The translations under genes were made by a program, and so were the position numbers. A DNA stretch of 63,686 nucleotides, filler included, from Collodictyon triciliatum (taxonomy: Eukaryota): assembly GCA_043381765.1 (NCBI GenBank). It is 8 parts of 8 records of this genome, joined end to end, with 100 filler letters (N's around TTAATTAATTAA, not from the genome) between each part and the next. Parts side by side here need not be neighbours in the genome. Positions count along the whole stretch, not along the records: positions 17,642 to 26,421 come from JBHJMP010003315.1; positions 26,522 to 35,232 come from JBHJMP010003316.1; positions 35,333 to 44,039 come from JBHJMP010003317.1; 5 more parts are not named here. The stretch is one strand, 5' to 3'. Below, one piece after another: positions 26,212-36,784 of this stretch. The notes under the pieces are model-generated. The model was not told where the DNA came from and did not search any database. It saw only the letters and a program-made list of their open reading frames with translations. Position 1 is the stretch's first letter, and every line of letters begins with the position of its first letter.

Positions 26212-26740
26212 GTTTGCAAACATTTTGAATAAACATCTTCTTTTCGCTTCTTTCCACCTTCTTTTCCCCTTCTTACCCCTTCTTTGTACCTTCTTCCCTA
26301 TAGCTTTCTCTTTCTCTTTCTCTTTCTCTTTCTCTTTCTCTTTCTCTTTCTCTTTCTCTTTCTCTTTCTCTTTCTCTTTCTCTTTCTCTTTCTCTTTCTC
26401 TTTCTCTTTCTCTTTCTCTTTNNNNNNNNNNNNNNNNNNNNNNNNNNNNNNNNNNNNNNNNNNNNTTAATTAATTAANNNNNNNNNNNNNNNNNNNNNNN
26501 NNNNNNNNNNNNNNNNNNNNNTTTTTTGGTTTTTTTTGGTGTTTTTTTGGTGTTTTTTTGGTGTTTTGGTTTTTTGGTTTTTTGGTTTTTTGGTTTTTTG
26601 GTTTTTTGGTTTTTTGGTTTTTTGGTTTTTTGGTTTTTTGGTTTTTTGGTTTTTTGGTTTTTTGGTTTTTTTTGTTTGGATCTATCATGTGCGGCTTTCG
26701 AAGGATCCAGTTATAACAAAACATATGATAAAAAACACAA

Positions 26741-27836
26741 TCAAAAATATTTGGCAATTCCGAGGTTGTAACCAAAGTACTTATGATGGTGGATTGAATA
26801 TCATAAAACGAGAAAAGGGTTGTATACCAAGGCAATTTTTGAGACTGACTGTGATGCTGATGTTGGGCGGCGGTGATTTAAGGTCGGGCTTTGATTGTGC
26901 AGTGGCTCTATGATTTTTGCCGAGGAAGGCCGCCCTTTGAACTTTGAATCCTCCTTAGTACTTTGCGTTGTATTGTTGGGTGCTACGTTGGTCAGAAGAG
27001 GTATTGCAGGGATTTGCAATATATTCTCTCGAGTTTCTATATGCCCTGAGAGAACGTCAGTGTCTGGTCCTATTTTCTTGTCGACTTTGTTGGTAGATTG
27101 AGCTAGGGCTTCCTAAAAAAAAATAATTGAAGATGATGGCTATTCAAACGACTTGTTTCATTTTATCTCATTTTTTATTTTTCTTTCTGGTTGTATTTGA
27201 TAAGGATGATTCTAATGCTTTTTGGGCTAAAATCGTTAATTGTAAGTATGATTTTTTTTTCCTTTATTCGATCCAAAGTGCAGCGAGGTTATGCCTTCAT
27301 TATAAGTATGATAACAGCCTAGCGCATCAATCAGACAGGGCTCCACATACCTGCAATCTTTTCGTCTCCTGGGACGGCTGGCTGTATGAAATATCTGGGT
27401 GAGCTAATCCACTTCTACGAAACTCTGTTTGCGTCCCACAATCGACGGTGGGTGTCTTTGATCGTGGGAGAGTTAGCTGGAGGACAAGGCCTTGCAACTC
27501 GTCCAGGCGTTGCTGCGTGTGAAGGAGTTGGCTCTGAAGAAGCTGGACTTCGTGGCCGGATGCCTTCATTTCGCAAGTCCGGCGAAGATTGGTGATCATG
27601 GCGAGCACACGCTCTAAGTTGTTGGTTCTCGCAGTTTCATGCGCAAGGGAACGTCCGAAGTGAAGCAGCCCCTTTTCCTTGTCCTCCTCCTTCTCGTCCT
27701 CGTCCTCGTCCTCGTTTTCGATCTCGACGGGCTGGTGCAGGCGCGTTTCGATTCTGGACAGGCGCTGCTCCACTCCGTCTGCATTTCGCAAGAGTCGGCG
27801 GAGGAGTGATCGGATCTCTTCGCTTTCGAGGTCCAT
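26741..27836 (-). CDS. Hypothetical coiled-coil protein, 2-3 exons (3' end uncertain)
   Basis: First exon MDLESEEIRSLL...KRLQ with GTATGT donor, spliced in frame to an exon starting at 27112. Confidence 0.6.
27253..27298 (-). mobile_element. 46-nt retroelement 3'-end insertion with A-tail and 14-bp TSD
   Basis: Matches 27975-28009 with two substitutions; flanked by ATT(G/A)TAAGTATGAT at 27239-27252 and 27299-27312. Confidence 0.85.
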
Positions 27837-27974
27837 CTAGTGAGTGCTGGCAGCGTGTAAGCCCGATGTTCGTTTTTGTGCGAGAACCCGTCTTTTTTGG
27901 AGGCTAAGTCACAGCCTCTTTGTGACGGGACTCTTGGACAGCGCACATAATCGTGCTTCACAAAATAAAATCGT

Positions 27975-28915
27975 CCTTTATTCGATTCAAAGTGTAGCGA
28001 GGTTATGCCATACAAAGGGGCGAGAAAAGTGTGCATGATAGAGAGCAAACGCGAGTAAGAGAAGACACTGCCGTGGAGAGACTACCACAGGAAAGAAGTC
28101 AGTGATAGCGAGTTGGCCAGGTGGGCGTCCCAACTGGTTGATTGGTTGCGTGGGTAGCAGGGGTTGGATATGTTGTGGGAGATATCGCAAGACACATTCC
28201 CACATCTCTCATCGCTTGCGGTCAGAGTAGCGAAGAACGCGAGCGTGTTCAGCAGGCTGTTCAGGAAGCTGTATTGTACGAGGCTTTCCAGTCTCGATAC
28301 ATTGATTTCTCGTTCGGACGAATCATTAGAGCGAGAGAATGCGCACACACTCCATAAGGCCCACAGAATATGTCCCGTTGTGACTGTCCAGAGTATTCTA
28401 GAGTCGTGGGTCATTTAGTTTTGTGGGCCAAACAGGATGACAGACGCGCTGAGTCGGTTGGGGACATAATCAAGCTCAGAGAGCATCTTGTGGGTAGACT
28501 CTGTCACTTTTTGAGCAAGAGAGCACTTCACAAATGTGTGTTCGATGGAGTCATCTCCACTATGGCATATGGTGCATTCTGGAGAGGTCGTTGCTCCATG
28601 GACTACATGCACACCTATCCACAGCTCTCTGTTGGAGATATTGAGAAGTAGGGCGCGGTATTTCGGGAGTAGCTGACTTATTTGAACTTGCTTTCAGCTT
28701 TTGACTATCGGCGGGTCTAAAATGCCCATATTTTCGGCCCAACGACTCATCTTCTCCGGTTTGTAGGGATTCGGGCTGATGATTTTATATCGAAACAGCT
28801 TGGAGTATGCCATGGCCATTGAGAATTGTGGAGTTGGGTGTATGCTACGGACAGTAGTATTTTGTGACATTAACTGGAAAAGAGCACGAGTTATTGGAAC
28901 GCGATTACAAATCAT
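27975..28915 (-). mobile_element. 5'-truncated, decayed non-LTR retrotransposon (L1/Tx1-like ORF2 C-terminus, zf-RVT) with 3' UTR
   Basis: One frame with two internal stops (28694, 28415) encodes FSMAMAYSKL...CTICHSGDDSIEHTFVKC...LWALW; ends CTTTGAATCGAATAAAGG. Confidence 0.8.
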
Positions 28916-29116
28916 GGCAAAATTGATTCGTCATTTACTTATACTGCAATTTACTGGAAGTTTAAAAATTGATTAAATGCTGACATATCGCCATGGGAGG
29001 TGATTATTAATAAATTCCAGATCTAAACATCGTTGAACCAAGATGGCATGCAAACTCTTGATTACACCAGCGGACGCCATCTCGATCAATCACATAAAAC
29101 TTTTTTTAACAACGCT

Positions 29117-29136
29117 GTTTTTTTTCCTTTATTCGA
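29117..29136 (-). mobile_element. About 20-nt retroelement 3'-end insertion with 13-bp TSD
   Basis: T8-CCTTTATTCGA between two TTTTAACAACGCT copies (29104-29116, 29137-29149). Confidence 0.75.
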
Positions 29137-29256
29137 TTTTAACAACGCTACTTAAATCCAAGCAATCCAGAAAATCGCAACAAAGGAAGAAAGGAAGATC
29201 AAGAAAACCATCCAAACAGAGCACCGAGCCAAGCGCACTGCCAAACCAGGTTGCAA

Positions 29257-29817
29257 ATGAGTAAGAAAACGTACAGCCGGGAAGAACTTCTGGCACTCAG
29301 CCCCGAGGACTACCTGGAGGCTACAGTCTTTCCCGTCCTGCTTCCTGCACTCGAGAAGCTTCTTCACATCCACCAGCAACGCCAGTCACGAAGCCCAACA
29401 CCAGCAGGGATGCAAGCTGCAGTCACCTCAGCCCAGTCAAAATCACGCCCGCAAACACAGAATTACGCACAAGCACACGTCGGCTCGCGAGGCTCCTCCA
29501 ATTCACGGGGCTCTGCTGCCTTTGTGGACGAACTCCACTGGCTGGCAACATATCTCTACCAGAATGATCCGCAGGCCACAGAGCTCCGAGAGCTGCGCAG
29601 ACAGGTCAGACAGGACCCTGAACAGGCTGCTCGCAGTATTCAGAGCGCTTTCCGGGGTCATATGGGACGCAAGCAAGCTCGCTCCGAGAAGGACAGGAAG
29701 AAGAGATACGTCGAGGAAAAGTCCGCCGTGAAGATTCAGAGTATATACAGAGGCCATCTCGTTCGAAAGGGTGTGGATCAGGAGCGTAAGTTGCTGGAGA
29801 GTGGATTGACATCATAA
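29257..29817 (+). CDS. IQCK: IQCK-like protein (split RIIa/Dpy-30-like dimerisation motif plus two IQ motifs), intronless
   Basis: SPEDYLEATVFPVLLPALEKLL...LHWLATYLYQNDP, then IQSAFRGHMGR and IQSIYRGHLVR. Confidence 0.7.
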   Translation: MSKKTYSREELLALSPEDYLEATVFPVLLPALEKLLHIHQQRQSRSPTPAGMQAAVTSAQSKSRPQTQNYAQAHVGSRGSSNSRGSAAFVDELHWLATYLYQNDPQATELRELRRQVRQDPEQAARSIQSAFRGHMGRKQARSEKDRKKRYVEEKSAVKIQSIYRGHLVRKGVDQERKLLESGLTS

Positions 29818-30485
29818 CTCTCAAACTTCTACCGTCCTTTTTTTTTCTTTTCCTTAGTTATGCCCTTCGTCCATTCTTGCGTTCATCACCCACTGTTGCA
29901 TGGAATAGCCCTTCATATCTAGCCTTTCCCTTCCGCGAACCACCACATAAAGGTCGTGAACGAAAGATGACGTGCGTCGGTAGGTCAGGAAACATAAAAA
30001 AATTAAATTCCAGATGTGCTTGTACGGAAAAGTATGGATTTAGTGTTGCAAGAATGCCATTCCATTCGAATCAGCAGACATGCAGCCCTTTTAGCATAGT
30101 TTTCGGTCGACTTGTCTAAATCTGGATGCTTCATTTCTCTCTTCCTCGAAAGTGATCTAATCAGAAGGGGCTGAGGCTTCCTGGATGAATCACGATCACG
30201 CAGAGAAAGGCCACGCGATCGATCACGAATCAGAGATTCCTCAGACTCACCAGCGACACGGAGGAAGAAAGTAGCATGAGAGGGAAATGCTAGCTCAAGC
30301 TTTTTCTATGTAGATGCCAACTAGTGATGCGACATCGAGACTGAAAAAAAAAGAAGGAAATGTCCTTTTATTTTATTTTTTTTTAATATTTTCTACTTTC
30401 ATCATAACCTCGCACTGACTATACTTGATATCTTTGTCCAGCTTTGAAACAAACCAAGTGGTAAAAGCCTTGGCAGTTATACTTG

Positions 30486-32000
30486 ATGGCCGTGCCGACA
30501 GCAAAGACTTATCAGTTCAAACTTGTGCTTCTTGGAGAGACCGCGGTGGGAAAGTCGTCTCTAGTCTTGCGTTTTGTCAAGGGACAGTTCTTCGAGTTCC
30601 AGGAGTCGACTATTGGCGGTAAGTCTATTCACTCAGGTGTCCCTTTTTTCTATTATTTTGTCTTTTTTTTTTTTAATCAGTCTTTATCTCTTTCCTATTG
30701 TCACCTCTGGTTTCACACCCGCATTCGCAGGGCAGTTTTGGTTGCTACATTACACTTGTGATAGTTATATTATGGTGGCACAAATTATATTGTAATCATT
30801 CTTCTTTCTTTTCTTTCTTTTTTTTTTTTTGCCGTAGCCGCCTTTTTGACACAAACTGTTGCCTTAAATGACGCTACTGTCAAGTTTGAAATATGGGACA
30901 CAGCAGGACAAGAAAATACCAGTCTTTTGGAGCGATTTTTTTAAAACACATTTAATTTTTTTTTTCAAAAAAAACGTTCTCTTTTAATTCCCATCATATT
31001 TCTTGAATGATATTTGGTTTTCTTTTATCATGTTATCATAGATTAAATGACGGGTTTCTCTTTTCACTTGTAATACCTTTCTTTCAATCTCCTCCCCATT
31101 CCTTTTGGACTGGTCATCAACAAACCATCATCGAATATTATTTCATGTACTTTCGAAATATACGGTACCACAGTCTCGCTCCCATGTATTATCGCGGTGC
31201 AGCAGCGGCTGTCATTGTATTCGACATCACAAGCAAGGTTTTCTCAAAAACTTAAAGCTTTATATTGAAACCAAGAACATTTACTCTTCGTTCGCATGCC
31301 GTTTGTACCCTCTTTTTTTTAAAAAATAATAATATGTATGATGATAGGATTCTTTTGCTCGTGCCAAATCATGGGTCAAAGAACTTCAAAGGCAAGGAAG
31401 TTCAAATATCGTAATTATGCTCGCAGGAAATAAGTCGGATTTGGCAGATAAGCGGAAAGTTGATGCTGAGGTAGATTATGTGAAACTTATAATACTTTTG
31501 CCGTAATTTTTTTTTTTTTTTTGCGATACAAACATGTCGTGCCTTGAATGTTGTTCCGAGTTCTTAGTGCGAATGGTCGTTTGTTATCAAAAGTAGTCAT
31601 TATGCTACTTGCATTACTATTCCCTTAATACCTATTATCGTCTGTACATTGATAGGAAGCACAGCTATACGCCGAAGAAAATGGCATATCTTACATGGAA
31701 ACATCTGCCAAAACCGCATCAAATGTGAACGAGATGTTTGTCACGATAGGTCTCGATTTAGATTGCAACAATTATTGATCGAGTAAATCAACGTAAAGTC
31801 GGTAGAATGACTTTTTTTTTTCTGCCTCCTCCCTTTCATATGTTTCGAAGGGATGCTTAATAAACTCGACAATACTTGTAGCCCGAAAGCTACCCAAAAC
31901 CGCTGCTGGGAAGCCTGCTGGCACAACAGGAAGCCAAAGCACCATCGATCTCAAAAACACCAAAGATCCAGCCGCGCCAACTAATTCCTGCAGCTGCTAA
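30486..32000 (+). CDS. RAB5: Rab5 GTPase, 6 exons, complete
   Basis: [66 protein letters not shown]-terminal CSC. Confidence 0.97.
30916..31163 (+). other. Atypical AT-AC intron in Rab5, phase 1
   Basis: GAA A|ATACCAGTC...GAAATATAC|GG TAC rebuilds GQERYH; no GT-AG pair does. Confidence 0.8.
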
Positions 32001-32376
32001 CTATATCCAATTCTATGCATTTTTTTTTTTGTGTGTGTGTGTGTGTGTGTACTGGAGACAGTGTCAACCACATTCCTATTTGGCTGTTTCTTTCTCTCCC
32101 TCTCTTGTTGAACAAGACTTCAAACTCAGGACCCCTGGAGAAAACTTTAAGGAAGACACCTTTAGAATTCTGATCTCCGTGTCAATCCTTGGCTGCCGCC
32201 TGTAAACATCCCACGAATTACATCCATACCTTATCTCCCTGATTTGAAACGAAAGAAAGAGAGTCAACAATAAAATGACTGGTTGCATCTGCATCCCCTT
32301 TTGTTACCTCCATCACCCGACCGCATACCCCCATCATCTGCACTTCATTTCCACACCACTCTGGGCTACTATTGAA

Positions 32377-32377
<1 letters not shown>

Positions 32378-32436
<59 letters not shown>
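32378..32436. repeat. (CA)n microsatellite between convergent Rab5 and RsfS 3' ends
   Basis: Visible. Confidence 0.95.
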
Positions 32437-32438
<2 letters not shown>

Positions 32439-32577
32439 GCGATATGATTCCCCTCCGTATTGCGCCCATCTCGAGCACCCCACAAGACGTAATAAACAGG
32501 CATTTGCCTAAATTGATGTGTATTTACTTGATTGTTCCGTCTCTACTTTATGTCCTGAAGCGAAGAGACGCGGCCGG

Positions 32578-34457
32578 CTAATCATCCGCTTCGTCCCAAA
32601 CCTCCATCGCTCCAGCCCGGGTGGCGACAGACTTAACTTCACAGTCTTGCCATATCTCTTCTATCTTGTAATGTTCTCGGATTTCCTGTTACATTTTTTT
32701 TTTATTAGTCTCATTTTTTTGTTTTGTTTTCTTGTTTTCTTTTTGAAGGGCAGATAGTTGGTTGTGAAAAATAAAATAAATTAAAAAAAAAACGGAGATA
32801 ATTACTTCGGACATCACATGAACAACCACGTTTCCACAATCCACCGCCATCCAGTCGTCTGTGTCTCTGCCTGTTGTATTGAAGCAGAGTTTGTGAGACG
32901 ACCTGCATTGTTGTATAGTGCACGAAGAAGAAAGACCTTCCACCCTGATATCGGAGGGATCGCTGATAACTGCGCCTCGGTATATCAAAGGCTCATTCCG
33001 AGAGCGAAGCTTTGTGAAGGGCAGTTAGAAACACTCTGACAAGATATCATATTAATGGGGATGTGACCAATACGTTTCTTTGGTCCATTTACACACGTGA
33101 GAATGAAATGGGGTATTAATAATCTACAAACCATAGAAACAACTGAGTCCGACATGGCGCGGAGATGAGAGGTTGATAGCCCCGTAGCAAAAATCAGATA
33201 ATCACAGTAATCACACTTGTCAGCAACATGGAATATCTGGCATTGGATATGAAAAAAATCATTATCAAACGCGATACTTAACCGATACCCCATGTAAGCA
33301 CATTCGGGTCTAGACTTCTTTGGGGGAAGGAAAGGAAGGATGAAAGAAAAGCATACGCGAACACTGTTTCCATTCTCTTGCGATATACACTCCAACACCC
33401 GTGAAAGCATTGGCGGTCCAGCAAGTTCCACATACCTGAATCATTTACAAGTTTAATAGACACAATCCATCACAAGGGTGTGTTAACTTGTGCACCTTTC
33501 GCCCCTTTGTATGGCATACCCTCCCTGCACTTTGATTCGAATAAAGGAAGAAGAAAAAATCTTGTGCACTTTTTTCTTTTTATGCGCACCGCAGCCAATA
33601 ATAAATGCATCGTTGTTTGTTGTTTGTTGTTTGTTGTTGTTTTATCTCCTTAAAATGACATACCACGGCTTCTCCTTCACGATCTGTCCGATGTTGCGAA
33701 GAGTATTGTCTGGCAAAGTCCGCGTGCTTTTTTTCGACCGCAGCTTCTTTTTCAGCTCCTCCAGATCATCCGGCTCCTCCTGCTTCGAACAGACAGTCCC
33801 GAGTGGGTCAGAAGAAAGGGTCATTCAGACACCACACGCGCATAACTGACACAAACACAAACACAAACACAAACACAAACACAAACACAAACAGTTACAT
33901 ATAAACTTGCCTCGTCTGCAGACCCGGCGGCAGCCTCTGCGCCTTCGTCAGAGCCGCCCAACTCGCCATCGCGCTTCGCCCCGGCCGCCCTCCTGCGCCT
34001 CGGACTCACCGCCTCTGTTTCTGTCTCTGCCTGCGTCTCAGTCTCAGCCTCAAAGGCATCCTCAAAGTCGCCGTCCTCCGAGCGAGACGCAGCCACGGGG
34101 CTCTTGCCTTTGGCCCGGGAGGCCTTTGCCTTCGGCTCCGGATCGGCCTGGTCTGCGGCGCCTGCAGAGGCGAATGTGCGTGCCGGCCAGAGCGCCCCTG
34201 CTGGCTCGAGAGAGGGCCGATCAGGGAAGAACAAGAACAACAAGAACAACACGAACGACAAGAAAACGAAGAACATCAAGAACAACAAGATAACGAAGGA
34301 GGGAGATTCAGGAAGGGTTGCCTGCAGCGTGGAGCCCCGTCGGACGGGTGAGTCTGCGTGTGAGCGCTGCCGGGAGTGCCGCCTGCCACGGCTGCCGTGC
34401 GGGGGTGTGCGCGCTCTGTCGGACGAGGGCGGCAAGTGGGCGGACGAAGCGCAACAT
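32578..34457 (-). CDS. MALSU1: Ribosomal silencing factor RsfS/Iojap/MALSU1-like, probably mitochondrial, 8 exons
   Basis: CDYLIFATGLSTSHLRAM, DDWMAVDCGNVVVHVMSEEIREHYKIEEIW; Arg/Ala/Leu-rich acid-free N-terminus MLRFVRPLAALVRQ. Confidence 0.88.
33496..33560 (+). mobile_element. About 65-nt retroelement 3'-end insertion in an RsfS intron with 9-bp TSD
   Basis: TCGCCCCTTTGTATGGCATACCCTCCCTGCACTTTGATTCGAATAAAGG plus an A-rich tail matches the reverse complement of 27975-28023; CTTGTGCAC at 33487-33495 and 33561-33569. Confidence 0.88.
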
Positions 34458-35332
34458 TCTTTCTCCCAGCGGGTCTGTGTGTCTGGGGCTTTGAGTGAGT
34501 AGCTCGCGGGACTGTGGCCGAGTGTCTGTCCCTGGGTAAGCGCGCCTGTCGCTTGGGCTTATACGGCTGCTGGCAAAGAGTGTGGGGTTGTGTGGTCTCC
34601 ACGATACGAGATGCGCAGGCCGAATTCACTTGGCTTTAAGTCACGTGTTTGCGTGTGGGGGAGGGACACGCGGCTTTTGGGAGGTGGCGAGGCTAGTGAA
34701 GTGAGTGGATTCTTTATTCTGGACGTGCTGCGCGCGAGGAAGGAGCCTGCTGGGTCGCTGCGGCGCGTTCATACGTCTGGCAGAGAGTGACAGGGGGCGC
34801 CTAGAGGGTAGGTCGATTAGGGGACTGGAACATGCGGCATGAAAGGGAGAGTATTCAGGGTGTGGAAAAGTTGCTTCAGACATCCAAGGAAGTTGTTTGC
34901 ACCCATGGACTAGTCGTTTGTGCACTGCGAATGCTATGGTACCGTGGATTTATCATCATATCAACCGAGAGAGAGTGAAGGGGAAGGCAAATCGAGGGAG
35001 GGCTTACTCGAGGCGCGCTATCAGTCGCGAGGCTCGCTTTTAAGGCAAGGCAGAGCGGCTACTACAGTGCAAGAGGTTTAAGCAGAAGCACATAAATTGC
35101 GTGGGATGTTGTGGAGTTGCAGTCAGCCTGGTGAGGATTCAGACTTTGAACATCCATAAGTATCCTCAAGCGGAAGCAACCACTGATTCGGAAGGAAGGC
35201 AACGGTATTCATCACACACGCTCAGGACCGCGNNNNNNNNNNNNNNNNNNNNNNNNNNNNNNNNNNNNNNNNNNNNTTAATTAATTAANNNNNNNNNNNN
35301 NNNNNNNNNNNNNNNNNNNNNNNNNNNNNNNN

Positions 35333-35423
<91 letters not shown>

Positions 35424-35428
35424 GTGTG
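35333..35428. repeat. (TGTATG)n microsatellite at contig start
   Basis: Visible. Confidence 0.95.
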
Positions 35429-36784
35429 TGTCTGCGGTAATGAACCTCGCTGCAATCCAACACAGATCACGCATTGTGTCTCCTTTTACCTTTGTCTGCT
35501 CGGATTCCTCTATGCAAACGAGTCTGGGGATCGAAAGTCAAGAAGCCTCGCGCTCTTTACATTCAGTGGGTTGCAGCATTCACATTTCCACCCACGCATC
35601 GATATTCTACACTCACACTTCCTATCATGCATCCTTGCTCCCGAGCCGTGTTATATGTTCATTACATTACATGAATCATTGGTGCGAAGTAGCCTAACCC
35701 AACCTTACTTCACCCAGTGTTTAATATCTTTGTCTTTGTCCTGCGTGTTGTGTACTATTACGTCTATGGTGAATATCGCCCAACGACATACTCGACGATA
35801 TGAGAAGATCGCTTCCACGTCAGTACTTGCAAGAGAACATGTCTGCAGTTGAACGGGATATGCTTCTCGGGCAAGTATGCAACCTTGCTGGCCCTTATCT
35901 AGCTGCAATTGAGAATGTCCCCTCTTTTTTTCTTCTGTGCTATTGCCCGTGGATAACTAAATCCTGATAAAGCTCAAGCAATCTTAACCGCAATGTCTTT
36001 TTAATGGGTGCATCCACATCCTCTATTATCTCTCTCCGCATCTTGTCCTTTTTCTGTATCGACACAGTCCTCTACTTTGCCACAACCCCGACACTCGAGC
36101 GAGCTGCAACTGTTTTTTCTTCTTCTCCCTGTCGCTCTACATAAGAATATCAACGAACAAAAAAATAACAACGTCAAAAAAAAAAAACCAGAAAAAAACT
36201 ACTTCCTTGTCGCTTAATCACTTTTTTTTTACATATATTAATCGTTCGAATAAACAATAAAAGGGGCAAAAGAAAAAAGCCCGCAGAAGACAGCGAGAGC
36301 GAATGACAGATTCCACAACGCCAAAACTGGCCCGCGCGCAACTTACTCGAGAAGACGCGATCAAACACCGTGAGTTTCGCCATGTTCTTCGTCTCAAGAC
36401 TTTGCTGCAACCAACTTACATATCACCCAAACTCAACTTCTGTTCAATCGAGTTATGGTGGTTAGTTTGTGGAATATCTGTTAATGATGGGCGAGTGCGA
36501 AAGGGAAAACAACCGCACTTTCAGCAGACAGTCCACAAGTTCGCTACTTTAAACAAAGTGAGAAGAAAGGTTATTAAATAAGCGTTCCAAAGGTTCTGCA
36601 ACAGAGCGCACCCATCAAACCGTCTATTTTCAAGATGAGAGGAATTTGTAAGTGTTTTTCTCACTTGTAAAGATTAGAATAGCTCGCTTGTACTTTAAGT
36701 CGTATGGTTTGTATCACACTGTACCAATCGCATATGAAGAAAAAAGCAAATAGACACCTGTGATGATAGTCTTTTCATACAACG

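Noticed and set aside
28415-28696. In-frame TGA and TAA as readthrough or a variant genetic code
   Set aside because: They lie in a decayed retroelement. Host genes end with TAA, TAG and TGA and show no internal stops.
29257-29817. IQCK-like gene as a retrocopy
   Set aside because: It is intronless and near LINE remnants, but has no sense-strand poly(A) tail or flanking TSD.
35430-36050. Possible minus-strand spliced gene (MRREIIEDV...)
   Set aside because: I could not extend it into a consistent model or recognise a domain.
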